From NCBI GenBank assembly GCA_048938025.1, contig JBHLMP010000011.1, positions 1 through 25,176 on the forward strand: 25,176 bases of DNA, written 5' to 3'. A model generated the notes under the pieces. It ran no database searches. It was not told where the DNA came from and worked only from the letters and a program-made list of their open reading frames with translations. This DNA is from Promethearchaeota archaeon. Lineage in GTDB: Archaea; Asgardarchaeota; Lokiarchaeia; Sigyniarchaeales; SOKP01. The stretch's first letter is position 1; each line of letters starts with the position of its first letter. Shown one piece after another: positions 9,083-18,096 of this stretch. The position numbers and the translations under genes were made by a program.

Positions 9083-10558
9083 ATGAATAATAGTAAAGTA
9101 GTTTCAGAATTAGAGCAAATTGTAGGAGATAAATATGTATCCGATGAGCCAGAAATACAATTTTTATATCATTATGACTTTATTACAGCTGAGCCAGAAG
9201 GTAAATGCGATATTGCTATAATGCCTGAATCTGCTGATGAAATCCAAGAAATAATTAAGGTTGCTAATAAATATAAAATTCCAGTTGTTCCATGGGTTTC
9301 AGGAATAAATTTTGGTTCGATTGCCACACCCCGAAAAGGAGGAATTGTTGTAGATTTACGGCGTATGAATCGAGTGCTTGAAGTAAATGAAGATGATATG
9401 TATGCTGTGGTAGAAAGTGGAATAACATGGGCAGATTTAAAAGGATATCTTGATAAACATCATCCGAATTTTAGAGCAGGTATTACTTTTTCTCCTCCAG
9501 GTACGGGAGTTGTTCCTTCATGTCTATGTTATGGAATGTTTGATCTTGGAATGATCGGTGGAACTGGGGCAGAATTTATTAATGGGTTGGAAGTTGTATT
9601 ACCTACAGGAGAATTAATAAGAACAGGATCAAGTAGTCTTTCTAAATATTGGTTTGGAAGACAACCATTACCAGATATCTCTGGTTTATTTATTGGTTGG
9701 GAAGGCACTACAGGAATAGTTACAAAAGCGGCTATAAAATTATGGCCAATACTTCCATATCGAACAGATTTTTTACCTATTGCATCAAGAATGGAAGTTG
9801 GTGCTCCCATGATGGTAAAATTATCAAAAGCAGGATTGGGAATTGTGGATCTGTGTATGATTAATATGGGATGGACTCAATCACTTCAATGTTTTGATCA
9901 AAAAAGTGTAGCTAAAGATCCAGTAGCTCTTGGTATTCCTGATTTCATAGCGTTAATCACAACACAAGCCTATACTGAAGAACAACATAAAGCTCAATGT
10001 GAGGCTATTGAAACAATCTGTAAAGACTATAAAATCGAACCTTTTACTGCAGAAGTACAAGTAAGAAACTTTCCAAAAAATATGTGGGGTCTTATTCCTC
10101 ATATTTTTCCATCTACAGGAGGACAATTACCTATGCATTTTTGGACTTGCTGGGATTTTTCAAGAGGGGGAGGAGGAGAATGGATTGGATGCTATGTTTC
10201 AATACGTAATATAGTGGATTATTATAATTTGGCACGAGAGATATGCCTTAAGTTTGATAAAACTCCTCAATTCTATAGTAGAATTATGTTTGGAGGGCAT
10301 TATTGTGTCGCTCGTATAAATGTAAATTTTGATAAAAATGACCCTGAAGATATCAAAAAGACTAGGCAAATTTTAAAAGAAATTCATGATGCTGTTCAAG
10401 AGCTAGATGGAGTAATTATGTATAAACCTCCAAAATGGGTTGTTCAGTATTATAAAGACAAAACTCTTCCAGCTACAAATAGATTAGTTGAAAATGTAAA
10501 AAAATTTCTCGATCCAAATAATATTATGAATCCAGGACAAGGTATTGGAGAGGATTAA
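9083..10558 (+). CDS. FAD-binding oxidoreductase (VAO/PCMH-type; GlcD/D-lactate dehydrogenase-like)
   Basis: MPESADEIQEIIKVANKYKIPVVP, GGIVVDLRRMNRVLEVNEDDMYAVVESGIT, GLEVVLPTGELIRTG, FIGWEGTTGIVTKA, LDPNNIMNPG. Confidence 0.9.
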   Translation: MNNSKVVSELEQIVGDKYVSDEPEIQFLYHYDFITAEPEGKCDIAIMPESADEIQEIIKVANKYKIPVVPWVSGINFGSIATPRKGGIVVDLRRMNRVLEVNEDDMYAVVESGITWADLKGYLDKHHPNFRAGITFSPPGTGVVPSCLCYGMFDLGMIGGTGAEFINGLEVVLPTGELIRTGSSSLSKYWFGRQPLPDISGLFIGWEGTTGIVTKAAIKLWPILPYRTDFLPIASRMEVGAPMMVKLSKAGLGIVDLCMINMGWTQSLQCFDQKSVAKDPVALGIPDFIALITTQAYTEEQHKAQCEAIETICKDYKIEPFTAEVQVRNFPKNMWGLIPHIFPSTGGQLPMHFWTCWDFSRGGGGEWIGCYVSIRNIVDYYNLAREICLKFDKTPQFYSRIMFGGHYCVARINVNFDKNDPEDIKKTRQILKEIHDAVQELDGVIMYKPPKWVVQYYKDKTLPATNRLVENVKKFLDPNNIMNPGQGIGED

Positions 10559-11804
10559 TTTGAAAAAAGAAAAAACAAATAAATATCTTGAAGATAGAGG
10601 GATATCCCATATTACTGCTGTTCCTGATCAACAAAAACTTGACAGGTATAAAAATCTAGAATATTACAAAGATATCTTATATCAATGTGGAAAATGTGGT
10701 ACTTGTAGAACTGCCTATCACGAAGAAGGTTGGTCCCGCGTTTGTCCTTCTGGAGAATTTGGAAAATTTGAAGCATACTATTTAGGAGGTAAAAACCTAC
10801 TTTCTTGGGCTTTAACCACGGGACGTCTTAAATGGACTGAAAATATGGCAAAAATATTTTATCAGTGTTCAGTCTGTATGGCATGCATGCAGCAATGTCA
10901 AATTCCAGAAATTCATCATTATGCAGGAGAATGGCTCATGGCAATGAGAGAAGAAGCTGTTCAAAAAGGGTTTGGGCCAATGCCAGAACAACAAAGATAT
11001 TCTGAACATGTTTCCAAAGAATATAACCCTTATATGGAAAAGCACAAGGATAGGACGAATTGGATAACTTCAAATATAAAGGAAACTCCAGATGCAAAAT
11101 TAGCTTATTTTGTTGGATGTACTACTAGTTATAGAGAACAAAGTGTTGCTATTGCTACTGCAGAAATATTGAATTCATTAGATGTTGAATTCAGGATTCT
11201 TAAGGATGAGCACTGTTGTGGTTCTCCCGTATACATAACAGGTCAAACTGAAAAAGCAAAATTGATTGCTGAAACAAATATAAATACATTTAAGAATGAA
11301 GGAATTGAAAGAATCATTACATCTTGCGCTGGCTGTTATCGAACTTTGAAAGAGACATATCCTAAGAAATTTGGACTGGAACATGGTATAGAAGTGTTAC
11401 ATCTGCCAGAGTTTCTATTAGAGAAATTAAATAATGGTAAATTACTTTTTAGTAACAAAATTAATATGAAAATAACATATCATGATCCTTGCCATATTGG
11501 TCGACATATGGGGATTTATGAGCCACCAAGAGAAGTTTTAACAAAAATTCCTGGAATTGAATTAATAGAAATGACAAGAAATAGGCATAATGCATGGTGT
11601 TGTGGTTCTGGTGGAGGTGTACGTTCAGAGTTTAAAGATTTATCAACTTTTGCAGCGGATGAGAGAATTAAAGAAGCAAAAGAAACTACTGCCAACGCAT
11701 TAGTCTCATGTTGCCCGTTCTGTCTAAATCAATTTAAAACAAACATTAATAATAACGAAATTCAAGCTTTTGATCTTTCTGAATTGGTTAGAAAGGCAAT
11801 CTAA
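10545..11804 (+). CDS. Fe-S oxidoreductase with 2x[4Fe-4S] and two CCG domains (HdrD/GlcF-like)
   Basis: CGKCGTCR..VCP and CSVCMACMQQC; YFVGC, HCCGSP, TSCAGC, YHDPCHIGR, WCCGSGGG, SCCPFC. Overlaps or abuts the FAD gene; start may be the TTG at 10560. Confidence 0.88.
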   Translation: MERINLKKEKTNKYLEDRGISHITAVPDQQKLDRYKNLEYYKDILYQCGKCGTCRTAYHEEGWSRVCPSGEFGKFEAYYLGGKNLLSWALTTGRLKWTENMAKIFYQCSVCMACMQQCQIPEIHHYAGEWLMAMREEAVQKGFGPMPEQQRYSEHVSKEYNPYMEKHKDRTNWITSNIKETPDAKLAYFVGCTTSYREQSVAIATAEILNSLDVEFRILKDEHCCGSPVYITGQTEKAKLIAETNINTFKNEGIERIITSCAGCYRTLKETYPKKFGLEHGIEVLHLPEFLLEKLNNGKLLFSNKINMKITYHDPCHIGRHMGIYEPPREVLTKIPGIELIEMTRNRHNAWCCGSGGGVRSEFKDLSTFAADERIKEAKETTANALVSCCPFCLNQFKTNINNNEIQAFDLSELVRKAI

Positions 11805-11922
11805 TATTTAAAATCTGCTTTCAATTTTTTTAATTGTTATTTTTATATTTTAAATTTCTTAAGGGAAATAATATTAATTATTAACATTACCTAAATATAA
11901 ACAAAAGAGTAATATAACAAGA

Positions 11923-12702
11923 GTGGAAATTAAAGAGATAATTATACAAATAAGGAAATTCCTTAGAAAACAGGACAAAAGCGGTAAAAAATTAACAACC
12001 TATGAAGCAGTAACTGATTTTTCTCAATATTTCAATGAGTTAGATTTAAGTGTTGATCTAGATAAAAATAAGGAAATAATTCTTCAAGAAGAGACTCAAC
12101 TAGAACTTGGAGGATTAAATAAAAAATCCTTTTCATTAGTATATCCTACGATCGAATTGAACCAGATTGAAGATGGAAAAATCTATTTACTAGGACCTGA
12201 AATACAAGAAACTACTGAACCTAGTATTGATTTTGGACTTTTTCTTTTAATACAAGCAAAAAATTTATCAGAAAAAGAGTTTAATAATCTAAGGTCATTA
12301 AATTTCATTTCTGATGGAATAGAAGGATTCCTAATTCGAACAATTCCTAGAAAATTTTGGTGTAGAATAAGCACAGACGTTATAAAGAAAAACTTCTCTT
12401 TTGAATTTCTAGGAAATGCGATTTTCTATTTATATAAGCAAAAATTCAAGAATTTAATTGAATCTATGGGAGTTTTTTTTATAAATTCTTATCCAAATCT
12501 TATAGATGAGTTTATGAGTATCGTTTCTGAGATTATTGCTCATATCAATGATCAATGGATACAAAAGATTGAAGAATGGAGAAAAAGAATAGATTGTGAA
12601 TATGATTGGGGCTGTGAAATTTGTCCTTACCAAGAAGAATGCTATGAGATAAAACAAGTTTTAATTGAACGAGAAAAAATAAATAATATCCCTAAAAGTT
12701 AG
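11923..12702 (+). CDS. Truncated acetyl-CoA synthase beta (CdhC/AcsB)-like protein with C-terminal 4-Cys motif
   Basis: LELGG..KSFSLV..IEDGKIYLLGPEI..IEGFLIR..WCRIS..SFEFLG matches the non-catalytic domain of CdhC. The A-cluster domain is absent and the protein ends CEYDWGCEICPYQEEC. Confidence 0.65.
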   Translation: MEIKEIIIQIRKFLRKQDKSGKKLTTYEAVTDFSQYFNELDLSVDLDKNKEIILQEETQLELGGLNKKSFSLVYPTIELNQIEDGKIYLLGPEIQETTEPSIDFGLFLLIQAKNLSEKEFNNLRSLNFISDGIEGFLIRTIPRKFWCRISTDVIKKNFSFEFLGNAIFYLYKQKFKNLIESMGVFFINSYPNLIDEFMSIVSEIIAHINDQWIQKIEEWRKRIDCEYDWGCEICPYQEECYEIKQVLIEREKINNIPKS

Positions 12703-12711
12703 GAGAAAATT

Positions 12712-13497
12712 TTGATGGGAGAAGATATAGGTTTAAAGAGACCATTAATAATTGCAGTTGTCGGGAAGGGAGGTGTCGGGAAAACCATAATTACAGCGCT
12801 ACTTGCTCTAACTATTTCAAAAAATTACGATTACAAAATGCTTTTAATTGATGCTGATCCAGCTCATCCACATTTAAGTAATATGGTTAAACTAATTCCA
12901 AAAAAGAGTCTTGAAAAAATACGAACTGATGTTATTGATAAAACTCTAAATAAGAAAAACACTCCTCAAAATTTGGCAGAAATTATCGATTTTGAAGTAT
13001 ATAATGCAATAGCAGAAAGTAAAGAATTTTCTCTGTTTACAATTGGACAACCAGAAGGACCCGGTTGCTTTTGTCCTTCAAATACTCTACTAAAAAAAGT
13101 AATTGAATCTATTTCTCAAGATTTTGATATTGTATTGATAGATTGTGAGGCAGGTCTCGAACAAATTAATCGAATGGTCATTGAATCGGTGGATATTATA
13201 TTAATTATTACTGATATATCTTTAAGAAGTATAGAAACAGCAGATTCTATTAGAAAGAGCGCTAAAAAGTTTACAAAATATAAAAAATTAGGAATTATTA
13301 TTAATAAAGTCAAAGGTAATATTGATATTATTATTGAGAAGTTATCGAAATTAAATTTTCCTATAATAGGTCAAATCCCAGAAGATCCAAATATTATTGA
13401 ATTTGATTTGCTTGGAAATTCAATAATTGATATCCCTGAAAATGCGCCAGGTAAAATAGCAATTAACCAATTTTTAAAAGATATATTAAGCTTTTGA
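12712..13497 (+). CDS. cooC: CooC/AcsF-type nickel-insertion ATPase
   Basis: Deviant Walker A GKGGVGKT, IDADP, EGPGCFCP (CxC Ni-binding motif), DCEAGLEQINR, IINKV. Start may be the ATG at 12715. Confidence 0.85.
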   Translation: MMGEDIGLKRPLIIAVVGKGGVGKTIITALLALTISKNYDYKMLLIDADPAHPHLSNMVKLIPKKSLEKIRTDVIDKTLNKKNTPQNLAEIIDFEVYNAIAESKEFSLFTIGQPEGPGCFCPSNTLLKKVIESISQDFDIVLIDCEAGLEQINRMVIESVDIILIITDISLRSIETADSIRKSAKKFTKYKKLGIIINKVKGNIDIIIEKLSKLNFPIIGQIPEDPNIIEFDLLGNSIIDIPENAPGKIAINQFLKDILSF

Positions 13498-13532
13498 TTT
13501 TAAGAAATTTATTAAATTTAAAAAAAATAGAT

Positions 13533-14783
13533 TTATGGGAAAAAACCTCTTAATTCGATTGCTTTAGCAATCCTAGAAACTGCTAAAACGTAAGCAGCAG
13601 TACGAAGCGAAATATTTCTTTCTTTTGATACTTTATACACCTCTTCAAAAGCTTCGAGAAGAATCCTTTTTAATTCCTTATTTATTCTTTCTAATTTCCA
13701 GAAATAAGAGTGAATATCTTGAATGTACTCAAAATAAGAAACACAAACACCTCCCGCATTAGCAAGAATATCTGGAATCACATAAATCCCTCTATTATGT
13801 AAAATCTTGTCTGCTTCAGGTGTTGTAGGTCCATTAGCACCTTCTAAAATAATTTTACTTTTTATTTTATCTGCATTAGCTTTAGTAATTTGATTCTCCA
13901 AGGCAGCGGGTATTAACACATCACATTGTGATACAATTAAATCTTCATTTGTAATTAATCTATACTTGTCATCTTTAAAATCTTGTAAATAATTTCCTTC
14001 TTTTGTCCAAGTTAATAACTTATCTATATCTAAACCATCAGAGTAATAAATTCCTCCCGAAATATCAGAAACTACTATAATTTTACATCCATAATCATAT
14101 AATAACTTGCTTATCGTCCCTCCAACATTACCAAAACCCTGAATTATGATAGTTTGAGATTTTAAATCAATATTTAATTTTTTACACATTGCTTCAAGCA
14201 CATAAAACAAACCTATACCAGTTGCTGGCTCCCTACCAACTGATCCTCCTATTTCTATTGGTTTCCCAGTTACGACACCAGGGATAGTCCGCCCTTTCTG
14301 CATACTATAGACATCCATCATCCAAGCCATGATTTGCGCATTTGTATTTACATCAGGTGCAGGGATATCAATATCTGGACCAATAATATTTATAATTTCA
14401 GCTGTATATCTTCTCGTAAGTCTTTCTAATTCACCTTTCGATAATTTTCGGGGATCTACCTTAATTCCGCCTTTTGCTCCTCCAAGAGGTAAATTTAAAA
14501 GGCTACTTTTCCAAGTCATCCAAGTAGCTAGAGCTTTTACTTCATCAAGATTAACACTCGGAGCATATCTTATACCTCCTTTTCCAGGACCCCGAACAGT
14601 TGAGTGATGGACTCGATAACCTTCAAAAATCTTAAGAGCTCCATCATCCATCAGAATAGGGATAGAAACTATTAATGCTCGTTCGACTCTCTTAAGATAC
14701 TCTCTTATATTAGGATCCAATCCAATTTCTTTGGCAACAATATCAATTTGCTTTTTAGCTACTTCAAATGGATTAATTTCCAA
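13533..14783 (-). CDS. gdhA: Glutamate dehydrogenase (Glu/Leu/Phe/Val DH family), canonical active site
   Basis: GPGKGGIRY, MTWKSS, GGAKGG, DIPAPDVNT, VTGKP, QGFGNVG, EGANGPTT, NAGGVCVSYFE. Confidence 0.93.
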   Translation of the reverse strand: MEINPFEVAKKQIDIVAKEIGLDPNIREYLKRVERALIVSIPILMDDGALKIFEGYRVHHSTVRGPGKGGIRYAPSVNLDEVKALATWMTWKSSLLNLPLGGAKGGIKVDPRKLSKGELERLTRRYTAEIINIIGPDIDIPAPDVNTNAQIMAWMMDVYSMQKGRTIPGVVTGKPIEIGGSVGREPATGIGLFYVLEAMCKKLNIDLKSQTIIIQGFGNVGGTISKLLYDYGCKIIVVSDISGGIYYSDGLDIDKLLTWTKEGNYLQDFKDDKYRLITNEDLIVSQCDVLIPAALENQITKANADKIKSKIILEGANGPTTPEADKILHNRGIYVIPDILANAGGVCVSYFEYIQDIHSYFWKLERINKELKRILLEAFEEVYKVSKERNISLRTAAYVLAVSRIAKAIELRGFFP

Positions 14784-14825
14784 ATTTTTTCCACCTTGTT
14801 ATTCTTATTTATATAATTTTTTATG

Positions 14826-16079
14826 TTATGGAAATAACCCTCTTAATTCATGTGCTTTTGCTAATTTCTCTGCAGCTATAGAATATGCAGCAGTACGGTA
14901 AGAAATATTAGTCTCTTTTGAAAAATTAAACATTTTTTCAAAAGCTTCCATTAATATCCTTCTCATTTCTCTATTTACTCTTTCTAAATCCCAGAAATAT
15001 GCACGTATATCTTGGATATATTCAAAATATGAAACACATAAACCACCAGAGTTTGCTAAGATATCTGGAATAACAATTATCCCTTTTTCATTTAATATTG
15101 CATCAGCTTTAGAAGTTGTTGGACTATCTGCTCCTTCTAATATTATTTTACAATCAATATCATCAGCGTTTCCACTATATATTTGATTTTCCGTAGCTGC
15201 CGGAATAAAAATATCACATTTAACAGTAAAAATTTCTTCATTAGTTATTCTTTTAATACTAGTGCTTTGAAAATCTCTAAGGCTTTTACCACTTTTCTTC
15301 CAATCAATTATTTTGTCAACATTCAATCCTTTCTCAGAATAAATTCCTCCCTCTAAATCAGTAATTGCAATAATTTTACAACCAGCATTATATAATTTTT
15401 TAGTAACAGCTATCCCTACTTTACCAAACCCTTGTATTACTATATTACTTGCCTTTAAATTGTACTGCTGCTTTTTAGTTAAAGCTTCAAGAATGTAAAA
15501 CATTCCAGTTCCAGATGCATCTTCTCGACCAACAGTTCCTCCTACTTCTATCGGTTTTCCAGTTACTACTTCAGGAACAGTCCTCCCTTTCTGCATCGAA
15601 TATGTATCGAGAACAATAGCCATTGTGCGTGAATCAGTATTTAGATCTGGAGCAAGAATATCTATATCAGGACCTATCATATTGATAATTTCAGTTGTAA
15701 ATCTTCTTGTAAGTCTTCTTAATTCACCAGATGATAATTTTTTTGTATTGACACGAACTCCTCCTTTAGAACCACCCAACGGTAAACCTAATAGACTACT
15801 TTTAAATGTCATCAAAAAAGCTAATGCTTTTATTTCATCTAAAGTTACATCAAGGGAGTATCTTAGACCGCCTAATGCTGGTCCTCGTAAAGTAGAATGA
15901 TGAACCCTATAACCTTCAAAAATGTTAAGTGAACCATCATCCATGACAACAGGGAGTGTAACTATGAGTGAACGTTCTACCTTTTTCAAATATTCTACTG
16001 TATTAGGATCTAGATTGATTGCTTTTGCGGCAATATCAAGCTTTTTTTTAGCACTCTCAAAAGGGTTAATATCAGTCAA
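14826..16079 (-). CDS. Glutamate dehydrogenase paralog with altered substrate site
   Basis: Full-length paralog of the downstream gene, but GPALGG replaces GPGKGG, QGFGKVG replaces QGFGNVG, EGADSPTT replaces EGANGPTT and NSGGLCVS replaces NAGGVCVS. Confidence 0.85.
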   Translation of the reverse strand: MTDINPFESAKKKLDIAAKAINLDPNTVEYLKKVERSLIVTLPVVMDDGSLNIFEGYRVHHSTLRGPALGGLRYSLDVTLDEIKALAFLMTFKSSLLGLPLGGSKGGVRVNTKKLSSGELRRLTRRFTTEIINMIGPDIDILAPDLNTDSRTMAIVLDTYSMQKGRTVPEVVTGKPIEVGGTVGREDASGTGMFYILEALTKKQQYNLKASNIVIQGFGKVGIAVTKKLYNAGCKIIAITDLEGGIYSEKGLNVDKIIDWKKSGKSLRDFQSTSIKRITNEEIFTVKCDIFIPAATENQIYSGNADDIDCKIILEGADSPTTSKADAILNEKGIIVIPDILANSGGLCVSYFEYIQDIRAYFWDLERVNREMRRILMEAFEKMFNFSKETNISYRTAAYSIAAEKLAKAHELRGLFP

Positions 16080-16176
16080 TTTTATTTATAAAATTTTTTT
16101 TATAATATAATGTATATTATCATTGAGTATATAATTTGTATAAGATTCCTTATTAAACTATAGATTGAAAAATAGA

Positions 16177-17223
16177 TTAAAGATTTATAAGGCAATATTG
16201 AACAAACTTTAATGGTTCAATCGCACATCCTCCTGAATCTAATCCTCCAAGCTGGTCTATTAAATCTTGAGGAATCTCAGTATCCTTAATCCATAAATCT
16301 TTTAAGTTCATTAGAGATTCCAGACCTTTGATATTTTTTATCTGGTTATTACTCAAGTCTAATGTTTCTAATTTCGTTAATGGTTCTAAACCTTTAATTT
16401 CAATAATCTGATTTTCAGAAAGAAACAAGCTCTCGAGATTTGTTAATGTATATAATCCTTTAATATGAAGAATATTATTGTGTTTTAAATTTAAAATCTT
16501 TAAATTTGTACAATTATCTAACTCTTTTATTACTTCTATTTGATTTGAATTAAGCCAGAGATTAGTTAAATTTTTTAGAGCTTTTAAACCTTTTATTTCT
16601 TCAATTAAATTATTATTTAAATAGAGTTCTTGCAATTTTGTTAAATTCTCTATATTCGCTATTTCAGTTATATGATTTCCTCCAAGATTTAATACTTTTA
16701 AGTTCTTCAAGTTGTCTAAACCTTCAATTTTTTTAAGTTGATTACCAGCAATCCATAAAACTTCAAGACTTTTTAAATTCTCTAATCCGGATATCTCTGT
16801 AATTAAATTCCAAGAGAAATCTAATTTTTGTAAATCTTTTAGATTCTCGAGACCCTGAATTTTAGTAATTGAATTTCCTCTTAAATATAATTCTTTCAAA
16901 TTAGTTAAATTCTCTAATCCTTTAATCTCAGATATTTGATTACTTATTAAATGTAGAATTTCTAGATTTTCTAAACTTCCGAGACCTTTTATTTCTGATA
17001 TGCTATTACTTCCTAAGTTTAAAATCTCTAAGTTTTTGAGGTTTTCTAATCCCTCTATTTTTGATATCTCATTAGAACTAAGTTCTAAATGCGTTAGATT
17101 TTTTATTTTCTCTAATCCTTCTAGTTCATTTATATCTTTAATTTCCAGTAAGCCTAAATCTAGAAAACCATCCTCTACTTCAAATTTAGTACCAGCAAAT
17201 TCGACAAATTTCATAACTTTCAC
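16177..17223 (-). CDS. Leucine-rich repeat protein (SDS22-like, 22-aa repeats)
   Basis: Twelve complete repeats LxxLxLxxNxIxxIxGLxxLxx plus a partial one; start may be the ATG at 17214. Confidence 0.92.
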   Translation of the reverse strand: MKVMKFVEFAGTKFEVEDGFLDLGLLEIKDINELEGLEKIKNLTHLELSSNEISKIEGLENLKNLEILNLGSNSISEIKGLGSLENLEILHLISNQISEIKGLENLTNLKELYLRGNSITKIQGLENLKDLQKLDFSWNLITEISGLENLKSLEVLWIAGNQLKKIEGLDNLKNLKVLNLGGNHITEIANIENLTKLQELYLNNNLIEEIKGLKALKNLTNLWLNSNQIEVIKELDNCTNLKILNLKHNNILHIKGLYTLTNLESLFLSENQIIEIKGLEPLTKLETLDLSNNQIKNIKGLESLMNLKDLWIKDTEIPQDLIDQLGGLDSGGCAIEPLKFVQYCLINL

Positions 17224-17344
17224 ATAGAAATAACTTTCTTATATTATAATAATCCCTAATTTTTAATTATTGCAGAACTAAAATGTTTATACACTATAAA
17301 ATTAATATTTAAAAGAGATAAAAGTATCTATTTATTGTTATATT

Positions 17345-17458
17345 ATGGTTGTCTGTCAAAAATGTGGTCATTTATTAAATCAAATCGATAGTGGATATTA
17401 TTATTGTCCCTCTTGTAAAGATTTAACTTATTTTTTAGAATTTGTGTCTAAATGTTAA
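17345..17458 (+). CDS. Zn-ribbon/rubredoxin-like microprotein (37 aa), missed by the ORF track
   Basis: MVVCQKCGHLLNQIDSGYYYCPSCKDLTYFLEFVSKC*. Cx2C-x13-Cx2C with the same spacing and GxYYC motif as the ORFs at 18268 and 18537. Confidence 0.7.
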   Translation: MVVCQKCGHLLNQIDSGYYYCPSCKDLTYFLEFVSKC

Positions 17459-17533
17459 ATTAAATCTAAGATTTATACTCTTTAATAATTTATATTCAAT
17501 TACTTTAAATTTAAGATCAGTAGTATATTTAAT

Positions 17534-18058
17534 ATGAACGATGAAGAACCCCCTAGACCAAGTGGATTATCTATAGATACAAAAGCCCCACCATTTGACA
17601 CACAAGATATATATGAAAACGAAATGAAATTATCCAAACTTCTCGAAACTTATGATGGGGTGATGATAGACTTCTTTCGGGGAAATTGGTGAAGTCATTG
17701 CAAAAAACATTTAAAACTTTTGACTGAAAAAATATCAGAATTCAAAAAAAGAAACATAAAGCTTATCTCTATAGCTAGCGACAGTGTAAGATTATTAACA
17801 AAATTTAAAGAAGAAAATGGATTTACTGTTGACATTATCTCTGATCGTGGAGCCAAAATTGCTAAAGAATATGGTGTTTATTGGTTTGCTCCAGGTGGAG
17901 GTAAAAAGTACAAAATTAAACAAGCCGTACCTAGTAAATTTCTTATTAATAAAGAAAGAGAAATAGTATGGACATATATTGGTAAAGATAAAACCGACCG
18001 ACCTTCGATAGAATTAATGATAGAAGTTATTGATACAAAAATTAAAAATCCTGAATAA
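17534..18058 (+). CDS. Peroxiredoxin-like (AhpC/TSA, redoxin fold) selenoprotein, 174 aa, Sec at residue 53
   Basis: ATG 17534 is in frame with ORF 17720-18058. It reads MNDEEPPRPSGLSIDTKAPPFDTQD...VMIDFFRGNW-TGA(17690-17692)-SHCKKHL...LISIASDS...IISDRGAKIAKEYGV...VPSKFLINKEREIVWTYIG...DRP. The TGA sits at the first Cys position of the redoxin WCxxC motif, and a SECIS-like hairpin follows the stop. Confidence 0.9.
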
Positions 18059-18060
18059 GA

Positions 18061-18096
18061 ATGAAGCATGTGTAAAAAAATGAGACACATGCGGAC
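18061..18096 (+). promoter_or_regulatory. SECIS-like element in the 3' UTR (eukaryote-type AUGA/GA core)
   Basis: ATGAA-GCATGTGT-AAAAAAATGAG-ACACATGC-GGAC: perfect 8-bp stem (18066-18073 with 18085-18092), A-rich apical loop, UGA/GA non-canonical core. Begins 3 nt after the TAA. Confidence 0.82.

Noticed and set aside
13495-13497. Other TGA stop codons (cooC, 7508, 18456, 22380) as Sec readthrough sites
   Set aside because: They occur at plausible protein ends, outside redox motifs, and no SECIS-like hairpin was seen downstream.
16300-17120. 66-bp periodic DNA repeats as a possible CRISPR or tandem array
   Set aside because: The repeats are degenerate and fully explained by LRR coding; there are no identical repeats with unique spacers.
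17720-18058. 112-aa ORF starting at TTG 17720 as an independent gene, or the locus as a pseudogene
   Set aside because: It lacks the active-site motif. The upstream in-frame segment, the TGA at the Cys position and the SECIS explain it better as the C-terminal part of a selenoprotein.
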